From Rebecca billardiae RCC1528 (lineage: Eukaryota > Protista > Haptophyta), in NCBI GenBank assembly GCA_965240325.2, contig OZ251230.1, positions 2,232,001 to 2,296,000 of the forward strand: 64,000 nucleotides of DNA, given 5' to 3'. The translations under genes and the position numbers were made by a program. Below the pieces are notes generated by a model. It worked only from the letters and a program-made list of their open reading frames with translations. It was not told the DNA's origin and searched no databases. Below are positions 48,650 to 62,400 of the stretch, one piece after another; within the stretch, counting starts at the first letter, position 1; the number at the start of each line of letters is the position of its first letter.

Positions 48650-48810
48650 GAGAGAGATGAGAGAGAGAGAGAGAGCTAGAGAGAGCAGAGAGAGCAGAGA
48701 GAGCGCAGAGAGTATCATATGCCGCGGTGCACGTCTGCTCTCTCGATCTCTCTCTCTCTCTCGTCGCGTCTCTCTGACGACTCTCTCTCTCTCTCTCTGC
48801 TCTCATCTCT
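48650..48810. repeat. (GA)n tract followed by (CT)n tract
   Basis: Degenerate GA run at ~48650-48712 and CT run at ~48735-48810. Confidence 0.85.
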
Positions 48811-48811
48811 A

Positions 48812-50002
48812 CAGGCAATTGGCGGGCAATAACTTGGAGCTGTCACGAGTTAAGAAACTGGGGCTTGCTATCTGCGGATCTGCCCGGCAGATCCGCAGAT
48901 AGCAAGCCCCAGTTTCTTCACTTCTGGCCTACTAGAAACTGAGACTAGCGATTGGCTGGTTCGCTATATACGCATAGTCACACAGGGGCGTTGCGCCAGC
49001 TGGACAAACGCCTTCCGGTCTTTTCAGATCTGCGCTTTTCAAAACGAAATGTTCTGCGCTCTGTCCAACGGCAAAGCGCGGCGGATGGCGGCTTCGCCGC
49101 CGCATGGGCGGGCGATGGCCGTTGCCCGCATAAAACGTGCGTCGGAGGCACGGAAGCGGGCAGATGACGCGTCGCACGCGTCGTGGAACTCGGTCGCGAC
49201 GCTCGCCAGCCTCAGCGCGCGCGGCGATGCCACGTCCATGGGCGCCCAGCGTGCCGAGGCGGCACGGTCACGCCGCTCGGCCGCAGCGACCGGCCTCGCA
49301 CGCGTCCTTGCCGCGCGAAAGGGCATCCCAGCTGCGGCCATTCGACTTGTGCGTCAGGAGCAGTGTGCCAGCTAGCCGACGCGCACGCGCCGCGAGCTGC
49401 ACGGCGTGCGCAAACGTAGCCCGCCGAGCGTGCGCCGATGCGGCACAGCGGGAGAGGGCCCCGATCCGAAGGCGACTCTCGTCAGAGGCCCTCCGTAGCT
49501 TCGTGATCTACGAAAGCTAGCGTCCTCGCGTTTGTCCAGCTGGCGCAACGCCCCTGTAACTCAGTCACTAAGAAACCGCCGGGACTACGTCGTAGCGGCT
49601 GACGAGTGGTCCGCCGACGGCCGAGGCGCAGTCGGCCCCGGTGGGACGCGGTCGCGGCGCGCGGCCCGACTACGAGTACAGGCCAAGTCCCGACTTCTCC
49701 TGATGACTATTGACTGACTCCTGGCCAGTGCACCGCAGCATCCATGCAACATCATGCCAGATTTGCTCCAAAATGATGGCCCAAATTTTTTTCGGCCTCG
49801 CCGGCCGGGCCTAAAGACAACCAGCGGGGGGCTCTGCCCGCCCCTGCGCCCCCCGCGGCGCGGCGGGCGGACCTAGCTCAGACGATAAACTCAAACTGAG
49901 ACTCGGCGTAGGCGCTGGGGCTACCGAACGGCGCGCGATATAATAGAAACCGAGACTAGTTAGCCGTGAGATCTCTGACTTCTTATTGCCCGCGATTGCC
50001 TG
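48812..50002. mobile_element. Second, inverted copy of the CAGGC MITE, carrying a nested element
   Basis: TA|CAGGCAATTGGCGGGCAATAA...CTTATTGCCCGCGATTGCCTG|TA. The interior is the reverse complement of 38577-39087. Confidence 0.88.
48983..49556. mobile_element. Nested MITE with 29-bp perfect TIRs (CAGGGGCGTTGCGCCAGCTGGACAAACGC)
   Basis: Perfect inverted termini; absent from the 38577-39087 copy. No clean TSD is visible. Confidence 0.85.
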
Positions 50003-50044
50003 TACTCTCGTCTCTCTCTCTACACACACACACACACACACGAC

Positions 50045-50758
<714 letters not shown>

Positions 50759-53269
50759 AACCCGATTGTTAAAGAGGCGGCTCCTTTGGTAGGATACAAC
50801 TCCAGCGGCTTGAACAAGCCGCCTTTCAATCTGCCTGCCCAGTTCTCGATCGGCCGCGCCCCGGGGGCCCCCGGCCCGGGCGGCGGAAGGAGGCTCGGGG
50901 AGGGAGGGGAGGATCAGGGCGGGAGCTGCCTCAACGTCAGGCGGCGGTTGGAGAGAAGGCGGCGGGGCGAGCGGCGCGGCGCAGGGCAGGCGCACACACC
51001 GCCCACACCGCCCGCATGGCGGGCGCGCGCGGGGCCGGTGGCACGGCTGCAGCGCGCGCGCACCGCAGGCCTTGATGTGCCCGAGCACACACACACTCGA
51101 CGTCGCGCACGGTGCTGCAGCCGACCGACACCCAGCTCTGCGGATGTCTGACCCACGGCATCACGTACTGCACGAACACGTCGCGGCCCGTTAGCAACGC
51201 CTCGCGGAAGCCATCGTACCGTGTGCCCTGCGACTTGTAGAACTGGACGTTGTGCGGCAGGCCGATCGTCGCCATCACCTGCGCGCGTGCTGGGCCGGAC
51301 GGCGCGACAGCGCGGGCGGTGGCGCGCGCGGGGGCGAGGCCAAGTCAGCAGGCATAAATATACAACTCCGGGCGCGGCGCGCGAGCCCCGCTGCCCCGAG
51401 CAAGGCGCGGGGGCGCAGCGCGCGCCGCGCGCGGCACGCCCACGCAGCATCGGCGTGACACGCTTGGCGTGCGTCGAATCCAAGCGTTGCTGCGGGCTGC
51501 CGCGCTCGCAGTTTAATCAGTACATCACCACGTTGCCATCGTTGCCATCTAGCACAGCGCGAAGCTGCACCGCCCGCCGGCGGAGGCTGTGCCCACCCTC
51601 GTCGCGCGGTACAGCAAGATCCTGTGGTCCGTCCAACCCCAGTGACCCGTCCCCCACATCCGCGAGCAGCAGCACGCGGCGATCTTCGGGAGGCTGCTCA
51701 CGCGCGTCGCAGCGCACTACCGAGCCGTGGACGCGACCAAGCGGACCGATATCCAGGTCGAGGCCAGCGCGCTCGACGTCACTGCCATCGGCCTCGTTGC
51801 TGAGGACCGCCAGTGTGTTGGCTGCGCGAGCTCGAGCTCCTATCTCATGTGCCGCTTGCCGCTCTGCGGCGCCGGCTGAGACTTCTTCGCGATCGCGTCT
51901 CTCACGGCGATCAAGCAAGGGCACGTGCTCGGCAGCTGGCGAGAGCAACACAGCGTCCGCGAGGTCAGCTGGGTTCTAGCTGCCAACGGCTTGCGCCCGC
52001 GCAACACCTGACCGCAACGAGCGTCTGCCGGCACGCCGGTGTGGACGCTCGACTTCCAGCACCATTTCAGATGCCATCAAGTCTAGGGAGCAGGCCGTGT
52101 GTAGCGAGTGCTAGAATAAGGCAGACCGCTAGCTGCACTGCGCCCAGCCGCGAGCGCAGTGGTGCCCGTACGCGGCGCTGCGGCACGCACGCGGTGTGCG
52201 CGAGCGCTGCGCGGGCCACCGGCGTGGCCCCGCTGCCCGGGCCGTCCACTCGGCCGCGTGGCGCGCCGCACCCGGCCGTCGCATGGACCCGGCGAGTGCC
52301 AGAGCCGGCGAGCAGTCGTCTACGCTACATCACGGGCCAAGCAGTGGGTAGTCGCGAGCACGATGGACCAAGACGATCTTGCGATGTGGGCGCAGCGACG
52401 GCAACCTCACTTGGCACGCATCGGCGGCCTGAGCCGCCGGAGTGAACAAAGTCACAGACAAGGGGATGCGTGCGCGGATGCGTGCGTTGGGCTCGGTGCA
52501 TTCGCGCGTACATTCTGACACCCACGCCAGCTTCCTCTTCTCCTCCGGCGCACACTGCTTGGGCAGCGCGGGCGCCGTGTGGCGCGAGCACCACGAGCTC
52601 ACAGTCTGGCTGACTCGCGCGGCGTCGTGCCGTCTGCACGCACATGTGGCGCACACTACCTCGGGCGGTTCGAGCAATCCATGCGCGCACGCGAATACGC
52701 CATGGACGCCGCGTCTCTCCCCCGCCCGTTCGGCCCCCGCGCGGCCCTGACTCGACTCGCACCCGTCCGCCGAGACCCAGCCCACTGCCCGCCGACTACC
52801 GAGGCTTTGGCAGCGGCTCTCGCGCCGGGGCGCCCTTTGCCGGGACGCTCCTTGTGGAACGCGAAGGTCGAGGGGTAGGTGAATAGGGCGGGCGGAGGTG
52901 ATTCGAGGAATTGAAGGAACGACTTCATCAAGTGCCACTAATGATTTGCACCCGCGCGAAATACGTACTTACATTACTCCGACGGTACCGCGAGTAGCTT
53001 TGTGAAATAGAGATCGGGACGGAAACCGCCGATTCGAACTTCTCCAAAATGTCCGCCCCTCCCACCCGGGAATCGTCGTGGTGGGCCCCGCTCCCGTCCG
53101 AGGGGGGCAAGGCTGCGCCTGCGGCGGGTGGCGCACTGCCTGACCTGGTCGGAAGGCGCGGACGCATTCTATGTGCCTGCTGCACTCTGAGCCTGACGCT
53201 TGCCGGTTCAGGTTGCGCATACCGGCGGCCAGCATGCACGACAGATGCACGTCAGTTAAATATATATAT

Positions 53270-55246
53270 GATTAAACTTTCTTCAGGAATGCGCACCAGA
53301 AAAAGCCTTAACAACCCGCGCGGCCCAAGATGGGGTCGGCGGCCACGACGGCGGTTATGCGCCCTTGCGCGCCTTGGAGCGGCTCGTGCGCGCCAGCAAG
53401 TGGGCCAAACCATGCTCGCGACATGCTCGTTCGTCGACGCTGATTGTTGGCCGATTGCATGCCAGCCCACGCCGACGTCTGAGTGCGCCTCGCCGCGCAC
53501 GGTACAGCTTGACGGTACACGGCACGATTCGGCCGCGAGCAGCCTCGTGCGCGCGACCGAGCCAGAGGTGGTCGTCGAGAGTAGCACGAGCGGCGGCACA
53601 CAAGCGGGCCTGGTCGCTGCCGAATATCTGACGCACCAATCGACCTCGCCCAGCGCCATCTGCTCGTTTGCGCACGTGTCGGAAAGAATGCGCAGCTGCC
53701 TGCAAACGCCGAGCGCGCAGATGAGGCGTGGGCGAGCGAAGGGGCGGCGAGGGCCGGCGCGTGCGCGCGCGTAAATTCGAGCCTCCCCATACGCATCGAA
53801 ACACACCGCGCTCGCTCGTCGAGCTGCGCACGGGTATCGGTGCGCGCGCGCCAACGCGGCGCGCCGTGAACGCGCCCGGCGAATGCACACCTGCTCGCGC
53901 GCGCACGCGCACGTGATGGACCGAGGAGGCCGCGCGAGCATGCGTGATGTGTCTGGATGGAGCGTGTAGGAGGTGTAGGCTGCGCTCCGCACGCGCTCCG
54001 CCACCGTGCACCGCGCTGCCCCTCGTCCACGCGATCGCCGCCGAGCCCAGATTCAAACGCGCGCGAGCGCTCGAGCGCACCTCCGAGCAGCAGTCGCAGC
54101 TATCGTGACGAAGGCGTGGCGAGAGGCAGATGTGCATGGCAAGTATCGTCATGGTGGTGCCCATCACGCGCACACTCTCGCGCATGCTCGCTGCACCACC
54201 TCGTCGCGCCCACGTGCAGCGCGCGGGGCGCGCTTCGTGCCCGGAGCAGCTGCGGAGCGGCTGCCGCGCGCAGTGCGCGCGGCGAGTAGGGCTCAGCCAA
54301 TGGTCCGAGGGCGAGCCGGCCGAGCGTCGTGCGTGACGCACACGGACCTGGTGCAACGCCGCGTACCACTCGCAGCCACCATCGCGCCCGTACCAGCGAG
54401 CTGTGGCCGCCGCCGACACCCCAAAGCAGCCCAGCCGTCAGCGCGCGACAGCCGACGAGCGCGCGACGCGCGCGTGCACCACCGTGATGAGCACGGATGA
54501 GCGCGCGCGCCCGTGTCGTAGCTCAGGTGGGGTCCCCCGATCGCACGCACCACCGCGCTGCCACGCCTTCGACCATCTTGTGTCACCACGCGGGCACACG
54601 CCGGGCAGGCGGCGGGGCAGCCCGCTCGGCAAACGGTCAGCGCGCAGCGAGGATGGAGTCCGGCGAGGGGCGACCGGAGTGTCCGGCGCGACGGAGGTGG
54701 TCCACGCCGTGGTCGCCGACGCGTTCCTCACCACCTCCGAGGCCGTGGTGGCCGCCCGGGAGAAGGAATGCTCCCAGTCGCACCCTTTGCAGTGCTCCTT
54801 TGCGCGTGCACGCAACGGCGAGGAGCGGAAGCGTTAGAGGGCACTTTTTGTGCAGTTCAGGCGTTCTTTCCCCAAAATGTAGAATGCGCGGAGAAGTGCC
54901 CTCTAACGATTTTTGTGTGCAGCCGTGCCGCGCGCGCGAGGAAGGCCACATGCGGCTCCTTGCACATCTGCTGCAGATCGGCTCGTGCTCGGCGAGCGCG
55001 GCGAGGAGGAAGGTGCGCGCTCGCGAGCTGGCGCACCTGAGAGTGATATCGGCATCCGATCAGGAAGAGCGGGTCGATCTGCCCGCAGCTCGTCGCACGA
55101 TCGCGAGAGCGCACGTGCGGTCGACGAGGAAGAAGGCCCGCATCGTGGCGTTTCCGCCAGTGGCGGGCCGGCTCGAGATTTGACGGCGAAACTCCAGCGG
55201 GTTGTTAAGGCTTTTTCTGGTGCGCATTCCTGAAGAAAGTTTAATC
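53270..55246. mobile_element. TIR element with 50-bp perfect TIRs inserted in (TA)n
   Basis: GATTAAACTTTCTTCAGGAATGCGCACCAGAAAAAGCCTTAACAACCCGC (53270-53319) and its exact reverse complement (55197-55246). TA repeats lie on both sides. Confidence 0.9.
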
Positions 55247-55335
55247 ATATATATATATATATCAATTAATTAATATATAATATATATATCAATTAATTAA
55301 TATATATATATATATACATACATAATACGTATACG

Positions 55336-58300
55336 CTAACGAACCGGCTCAGTCGCCGGGGCTGCCCTCCCGCTCTCCTGGTCGATGGCTGGTGGCACGG
55401 GCTGCATCGCGACCTCCTTCCGCGGCGTCGAGTCCACGTCGATCGTGTGGTCCGCGGCCGAGCTGCGATCCTTGACGGACTCGCGCATTCGGAAGGCCTT
55501 CGGCATGAAGCGGTTGAGCGAGCCCTGCTCGCCCTCCGGGCCGATCGTCAGCAGCAGCGGCAGCAGCAGCGTGAACGAGTAGAAGATCGCCCACAGCGAG
55601 GTGAAGAGAATGAACTGCGCCGCCGCGGCGGGCGCGGGGGCGAGCGCACGCCGAGCCGCGCGTGAGCCGTGCCGCGCGCGCACACACGCGTGCGCGGGCG
55701 TCGGCGTCGGCGCAGTCGCGCGCGCGCGCGCGCGCGCGTACGAAGCCAAACTTGAAGAAGAAGGCGAGAACGTCCGCGAACAGCGGGATGCCGGCGCACG
55801 CGGTCGTGATCGCGCCGCCGATGACCGAGATGCCGACCTTGGTCACCGACTCCTCGACACGCTCGTACCGTGTGCCGTCGGCATGCGTGTAGAAGTGCGA
55901 GAGGTGGACCGCGTAGTCGATCGACAGGCCGATCGTGAGCACGGTGAAGACCGCCTCTTGCCTGTGCCGCCGCGTCGGCGTCGGCGCGCGCGCGCGGATG
56001 CGGCGCGCGGGCGGACGAGCTGCGTCAGAGCGCGCGCGGCGCGGCGCGGCGCGGCGACCCGGCGCGCGCGCGGCGCGGCGACGCGGCCGTCTTGCAGTGT
56101 CGCGCGCGCGCGCGGCGCTCACGGTCCGATCGCGTTGCCCGCGGCGAGCACGCATGCGAGCGAGCTCATCACGGTCGAGAGGATCGTCCACATCACGCAC
56201 AGCGTGACGATCCAGTTGCGCGTCGCGAGCAGCATGAGGCACGCGGCGCACAGCATCGAGTAGCCAATCGACGAACCGAACTCGCGCAGCAGCTGCTCAA
56301 AGAAGCGGTACTTGGCCCATGAGGCGGAGCCGGGGCCCCACGGGCGGCGCGCGAGCATCACGTGGAAGCAGTCCGGCTTGCACGTGCCGTTCACGAAGTC
56401 GTCCCAGATCTCGAAGTACGTCTGGATCGACGCGGGCGCGGACGTGACCTCGCGCGGGATTGTCGCGTTGAACGTGTGCCACATGGCGCGGATGCCGTCG
56501 TCGCCGTCGGGGATGAAGCCCGTGTTGCGCCGCCAGTCGTCGTACTCGTCGGTGAGCTCGGTGTAGCGCGCGCTCTTGTAGAAGGCATCGAGCTTCTTCC
56601 GCAGCGTCTTCTCGTCCTTGTACGGGAAGCCCCCCGGGTCGGCCTTCTCGAGCTCCATCAGGATGCAGTAGCCCTCGCGGTCGTGCACGAGCCATGGCTG
56701 CCGCTTGCCCGCCTTGCAGTCGTCGTAGATCTTCTTCTGCCACTCCTCGTTGAAGTCGAAGTCGACGTAGTGCAGCTTCTCGTCGTCGGTGTCGGGGATG
56801 ATCTGCCCCTTCTCCGGGTACGAGATTGGCGCCTCCGTGTCCAGCCCGTACACGATGTTCACCTGGTACTGCCAGTCGTCCGAGATGAAGAAGTGCTCGC
56901 GCGAGATGTCGATCAGCTGGCCGATCGGGTTGGTCTTGACGAGCGCGTCGCCCTCCTCGTCGGAGAGCTTGAACTGGGTGCCGAAGACGATGATCCAGAC
57001 GACGATGCACACGTGCGCCGCCGCGATGAAGTAGTACTTGTACGTGTTGAGGATCGGCACCACGCGCTCGCGCAGGAAGCGCACGCGCTTGGGCAGCTCG
57101 GAGAGGCCCTCGTCGCCGCCCGCCATGTGCGGCTGGCACGCGGGCGTGCACGCGCAGCACTTGGTCTTGTCGAGGGTGCGCGTGTACCAGACGACGACGC
57201 ACGGGAACCACGACATGACGAGGAGGTAGTCGAAGAGCACGACCAGCGCGGTGAAGATGCCGAACGCCGACACCGCCGGGATGACGGACGAGGCGGTCAC
57301 GATGAGGCAAAACACGGTCGTCGCGGTCGTGATGAGCATTGCGCCGCCCGCCTGCAGATACGTCCACTTGAGCCGCGTCTCGAGCGAGCCGGAGATGTGC
57401 TCGGGCAGCGTGGCGGACTCGCGCCAGCTGTCCATGAACACAAAGATGTCGTCCGCGCCGATGCACATGATCAGGTACACCGTGAGGAACGCGAGGAAGT
57501 CGACCTTCACCTGGTTCATCATCACGCCCCAGAAGAAGTAGGCGAGTGGGATCGACGCGACAATCTCAAACATGCCCGCGGCGGCGAGGGTGACGGAGCC
57601 CACGTTGATCCAGATGTACAGGAAGACGAAGACGAACGAGATGATCGCGAAGAACGCGTCGTAGATCAGCAGCTCGATGAAGAACCACGAGCTCAGCCCG
57701 TTGAACGTGAGCACGTTGAACGAGTTGTCGCCGCGCGGTGTGTCGACGTACGTCGCGCGCCCGCCGCCGGGTGTGATGCTCACCTCGTTGATGACGCGGT
57801 CGACGGCGGCGCCGACGCGCCAGGAGTACGACGACCGCGAGAAGAAGCCGCCCACCGTGTTCTCCTGCTCGAGCTCGCGGTCCTCGCGGTTGCGGTACCC
57901 GTCGAGCGGCCAGCCGATGCGGTACGCCGAGCGCGTGTGCGCGGTGCGCGCGACGCGCGTGGTGCAGGTGGCGTTGTTGTCGAAGTAGGTGGACTTGAGG
58001 AACTCGGAGTCGCACACGCGCGTCTTGAGCAGCAGCGGCCACTGCTCCACCGGCGCGAGACTGCCCTTGCGCCAGTCGTACACGCGCGACGTGCACGGCG
58101 GGTCACCGTACGGCGTCTGCCCCTCGCCCTCGCCGCACACCGTGTTCATGAAGGCGGAGGGGATGGTGCACAGGCCCTTCTGGCAGCCCTTGAGGTGCTC
58201 GCGCGGGTTCAGCATCAGCGTGTTCAGGATCGTCGCGGGGCTCTCGCACCCCGACTCCTGCCCGTTCGCCGACCACGCGAGCTTGCAGCGCGCGCCCCAC

Positions 58301-58770
58301 GGCCCCGCGTCCAGCAGCGCGTTCTCGACCTGGATGATCTTCTGCACGTGCTCGAGCGTGAGCGTGTTGGGCATGTCGGGATCGACGTCCTCGTACGTGA
58401 TCGAGAACTCGCCCAGCTGGAACGAGCGCTCCTTCTCCAGCGGGTCCTCGTCGTCCTCCTCCTCGCCCTTCTTCAACTTGCGGACAAACATGTCCTCGCG
58501 CATGCGCGTGAACGCCTCGTTGCGCAGCTGGTCGGGGTGGTCGGGCACCTTGTTCGCCGCGCTCGCAATCACGTTGCCGATGTTCCCCTCCGCGCGGCCG
58601 ATCGACACGACGAAGCCCAGGATGGACAGCGCGACCGTGAGCGTGAAGATGCCGCACGCGCAGATGCACGGGCACTTCACGACCGCCTTGGTGAGGCGGC
58701 CGACCTGGACGGCGTCAGCGTCGTGCGTGCCCGCCGGAATGGCCTTGTGGGGGTGCTCCTCGCCGCTCAT
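55336..58770 (-). CDS. Dispatched/Patched-family (sterol-sensing domain, RND) membrane protein, 2 introns near the 3' end
   Basis: 12-TM-like layout with two luminal loops; CIGADDIFVFMDSW, AGGAMLITTATT and IGLSIDYAVHLSHFY. Confidence 0.9.
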
Positions 58771-59463
58771 CGCTCCGCCCGGCCCGATGCCCGTCGCGCT
58801 GTTGTGCAGAATCCTTGCCGGCGTCGTCCACAACGCTAATGGAGAGAGCTCGAGACTCGACAGGTGGACCCCCCCGGCCGCTTCTCTCCGAGTGAATCTC
58901 TCAGCTCGTCGTGGCCGGGCGGCGGGCCGTGGACCCCAAACGGCATCTTCGGGCAAATGACGCCTTGGCCTCCCTGTCCAGATCTAGAGAGTCTTCGGGC
59001 AAAGTCGCCTTTGATGCTTTCGGTGATTCGCGCGGGTAGAGCTGGGTAGCCCCCCATAGGCGGTTACGGGTACACTACATACGCGATGAATGTTGAGCCA
59101 CCGATAATTCATCGAGCACTGATGACCATTGACCACTTTCTCACTTTCTCATACTTGATGCGCCTGAATGTGAGTGATGAACGAGCGGCGGTGCGCCCCA
59201 AACTGGAGCCAAAGTCGAAAGTGGTCATCATCCCCTCATCATCCGCCGCCGCCCTGACATGTGATTGGGCATCGGGCAAAGGCCGAGCACAAAAGCCGTA
59301 CATATTTACACGACAAAAGAGCCGAGGGCGAACCCCGCGAAAAAAGCCGAAACTGAATCCCGAGGAGGCGAGGACGTGCCTGATTAATACATATGTAAGC
59401 AGCGGGTACGTTTCAATATTGGTGGCAGCATGTACCCCCCAACACCCGCAATGGCCCCATACG

Positions 59464-62400
59464 CTACCACACAGGCCGAGGTGGCGGTGGCGGCGGGCTG
59501 TCGCGCTGCGCCGTCGCGGCCGATGCGCCGCCGCCGCCCTGCTCGTCCGCGCGCCGCGCGCGCGCGAGCGCGTGCGCGCTCCCCGCCGCGATCTCAGACT
59601 GCGATTGCGCGCGCGCGCGCGGGTCGGTCGCGAGCGCGTGCTCCGCCTGCAGCGCGCCGAGCGCGCGCGTGCGGCTAGGCCCGCCGTATGTGTGCAGCAG
59701 CGACGTCGACGCGGAGACGGACATGTGGTTGGCACGCGCACTCGACAGCCCGGAGCGCAGCAGGCCGGCGCCGCCAAAGCCGCCGCCGTACGAGCTGCTG
59801 AACGCGCTCGCGCCCCGGCCGGCGGTCGAGGGCGGGACAGGCGGCTCGACGTAGGTGGTGTCCAACGGCGGGTCCCAGGACCTGGCCGGGCGCGCGGGCC
59901 CGGGCGCCGCGCGCTCCGAGCCGGGCGCGGGCGGCGGCGCCGTCGCCGCCGCGTGCCGCGCGCCCGCGCGCACGGCGCTCGTCCCGCCTGTGCGTGCCTC
60001 GAATCTCGCCATGCGTGTTCGGGTCGTGCGCAGCTTGTTCCGCTGCGCGGCGAGCAGCGCGTCGGTGCGCGCGAGCAGCCGCTCATTGTCCGACAGCTGC
60101 GTCTCGAGAAGCGACGCACCGTCCTGCACACACACACACACAAGGGGAAAAAACAAAAAAGGCCCAAAAACAATCGCGGCGCGCGTGCGCGCGCGTGGTT
60201 GGGCGCGCGCTCGGCGTGAGCAGTGTGCGGGCGCTCGACGCACGAGCAAGAGCGCCGCCCCCGACGCCCCGCTGCGTGCTCGCGGCGCGGCGTGGCGCAC
60301 ACCTGCGCGACCGAGTACGCCGTCTTGACCAGCGTGAGCGCTGACGGCACCGCGGACGGCTGCGCCGGCGGCGCGCGGCCGGAGGCGCCGCTTGCCCAGC
60401 TCGCCTCTGTCGGCCCCTGGGCCGCCCCGTGGATCGGCGGCAGCGTGAGCGCGGAGGGCGAGGCGCCGATGATGATGTCGTCGGCCTGCGCGACGCGCGA
60501 GCGCACGCCGCCGCCCTCCGCCCCGCCGCCGCCATCCCATGGCTGTGGCTTCGTCACAACCATCGCCGCGCGCTCGCGGCTCGCGCCAATCTCCGACGCC
60601 GAGATCGGGTCGCCGAAGAGCCCGCCGAGGGGCGGCGAGCGCGCGTCGGCGGAGGCGGCGCGCGCGGCGTCGGACGACGGGACCGCCATGCCCGCTGGCG
60701 CCGCCGCGCTCGCGCCCGAGCCCTCCGCCGTCAGCGCAGACGGCACCGTGCCCGGCCGGCGCGCGCCGGCGCCGGGCGTGCGCGCGCCGCGCTGCGAAGT
60801 CACGCGCGACGACGACGACGCTCGCTCTGAGCCGCCCGCCGCGGCCGCCTCGACGACCGCCGCGCCGGTGGCGAAGGCGCGCTCCTCGAGCGGCGCGGCG
60901 AGCACGCCCAGCGCCGCCGCCGCCGCGCCGGCCGGGTCCGCCGCGTTCGGCGCGTGCCCGACGCGCCGGCCCGGCCGCTGCCCTGGCCGGGGGCGCCGAG
61001 TCCGCTCGGATGTTGGCAGCGGCGGCGGCGGCGACAGTGCGAGGTCTGAGCCGACGCCGGCGGAGGGCGAGGGCCACACGCTGCCGCGGCCGGCGGAGAG
61101 CGCGGAGAGCGTCCGCGCGCCGCCGAGCGGCGGCGAGCCGCCGGCCTCCAGCCCCGCCGCCAGCTCGAGCTGGCGGTCGAGCTCGCTCGCAGCGCGCAGC
61201 CGGCGGGCGGCCATGGAGCCCGCCGCGGCGGAGGTGGCGGCGCGGGCGTGCTGCGCGCGCAGCCCGCCGCGCGCGCCGACGCGGCCGTACGGGTCTGGCG
61301 CGTACACGGCGAGCGGGCCGAGCGCGAGCTGCGCCTCGTGCCCCGCGCGCCGCCGCGTCTGCGCCGCGTGCTTCGCCGCCAGCCCGCGCCGCAGCAGCTC
61401 CCGCCGAATCGCGGCGGCTGAGCCGGCGTCTGCATACGCGGCGCGCGCCGCCTCGAGCGCAAGAGCGTGCGCGCGCCGCCGTCCGGCCATGCCGCGCGCG
61501 GCGGCGGTGAGCGTGAGCGCGGCCGCGTGCTCGCGGGCCGAGTACGACGCGGCGAGCCGGCGCCACCGCGCCTCGCGCCGCGCCACGTGCCCGCGCCAGA
61601 GCCGCTGGATCGCGCGCGCGGCGCGGCGCGCGCTCGAGTAGCGCGCGCGCGCGCGCCAGCCGAACACCATTGCCTCGAGTCGGTCGGCGGCGTCGGCGGT
61701 GCGGTCGGCGAGGCGGCGCGCGAGCAGCCCGCGCGCGTGCGCCTGGATCAGCGTCGCCGCCTCCGCCATCACCGCGAGGTCGTCCCGGTCGCAGAAGCCG
61801 CGCCACGCCGCGGCGATCACGGTGGCGGCGGCGCGCGCGCGCGCGAGCGCCGCGCGCGCCGCGCGCCGCCGCGCAGCTGCCTGCACTCGAATGGCCGCGC
61901 GCCGCTGCTGCGTGTAGCGCTCGCGCTGGCTGCGCCGGCGCGCGTACTTTTGGATGTCGCGCGCCGCGGCGTGCTGCTTGCGCACCGTCAGCCGCGCGTG
62001 GAAGCCGCGGCCGTACGTCTGCGCGCGGGCGGCGGCGGCGGCGCGCGGCGCGCGGCGCGCGGCGGGCGCGGGCGCGTGCGCGTGAGCGCGGCGGCGCGGG
62101 CGCAAGCTCCTGGCGCGGACGGCGCGCGGCGGTGGCGCGCGGCGCACAGAGCGCTGGCGCGCGCGAAGCGGCTCGAGCCGGGGTGCGCACGCGCACGCGC
62201 GCACGCGCGCACGCGCACACGAGCACACGGCGCTTCGCGCGCACGCCCGACCGCGCACACACCTGAATCTTGAGCGTGGCGCGGCGGCGCGCGGCCGCGC
62301 GCTCGGCCGCGAGCCGGCGACGCCTGTGTGCTTGGACGGTGGCGGCGGCGCGCTGGCGCTCCGGCCCGTAGTAGCGGCGGACGGCGCGGCCGCGCGCGCC

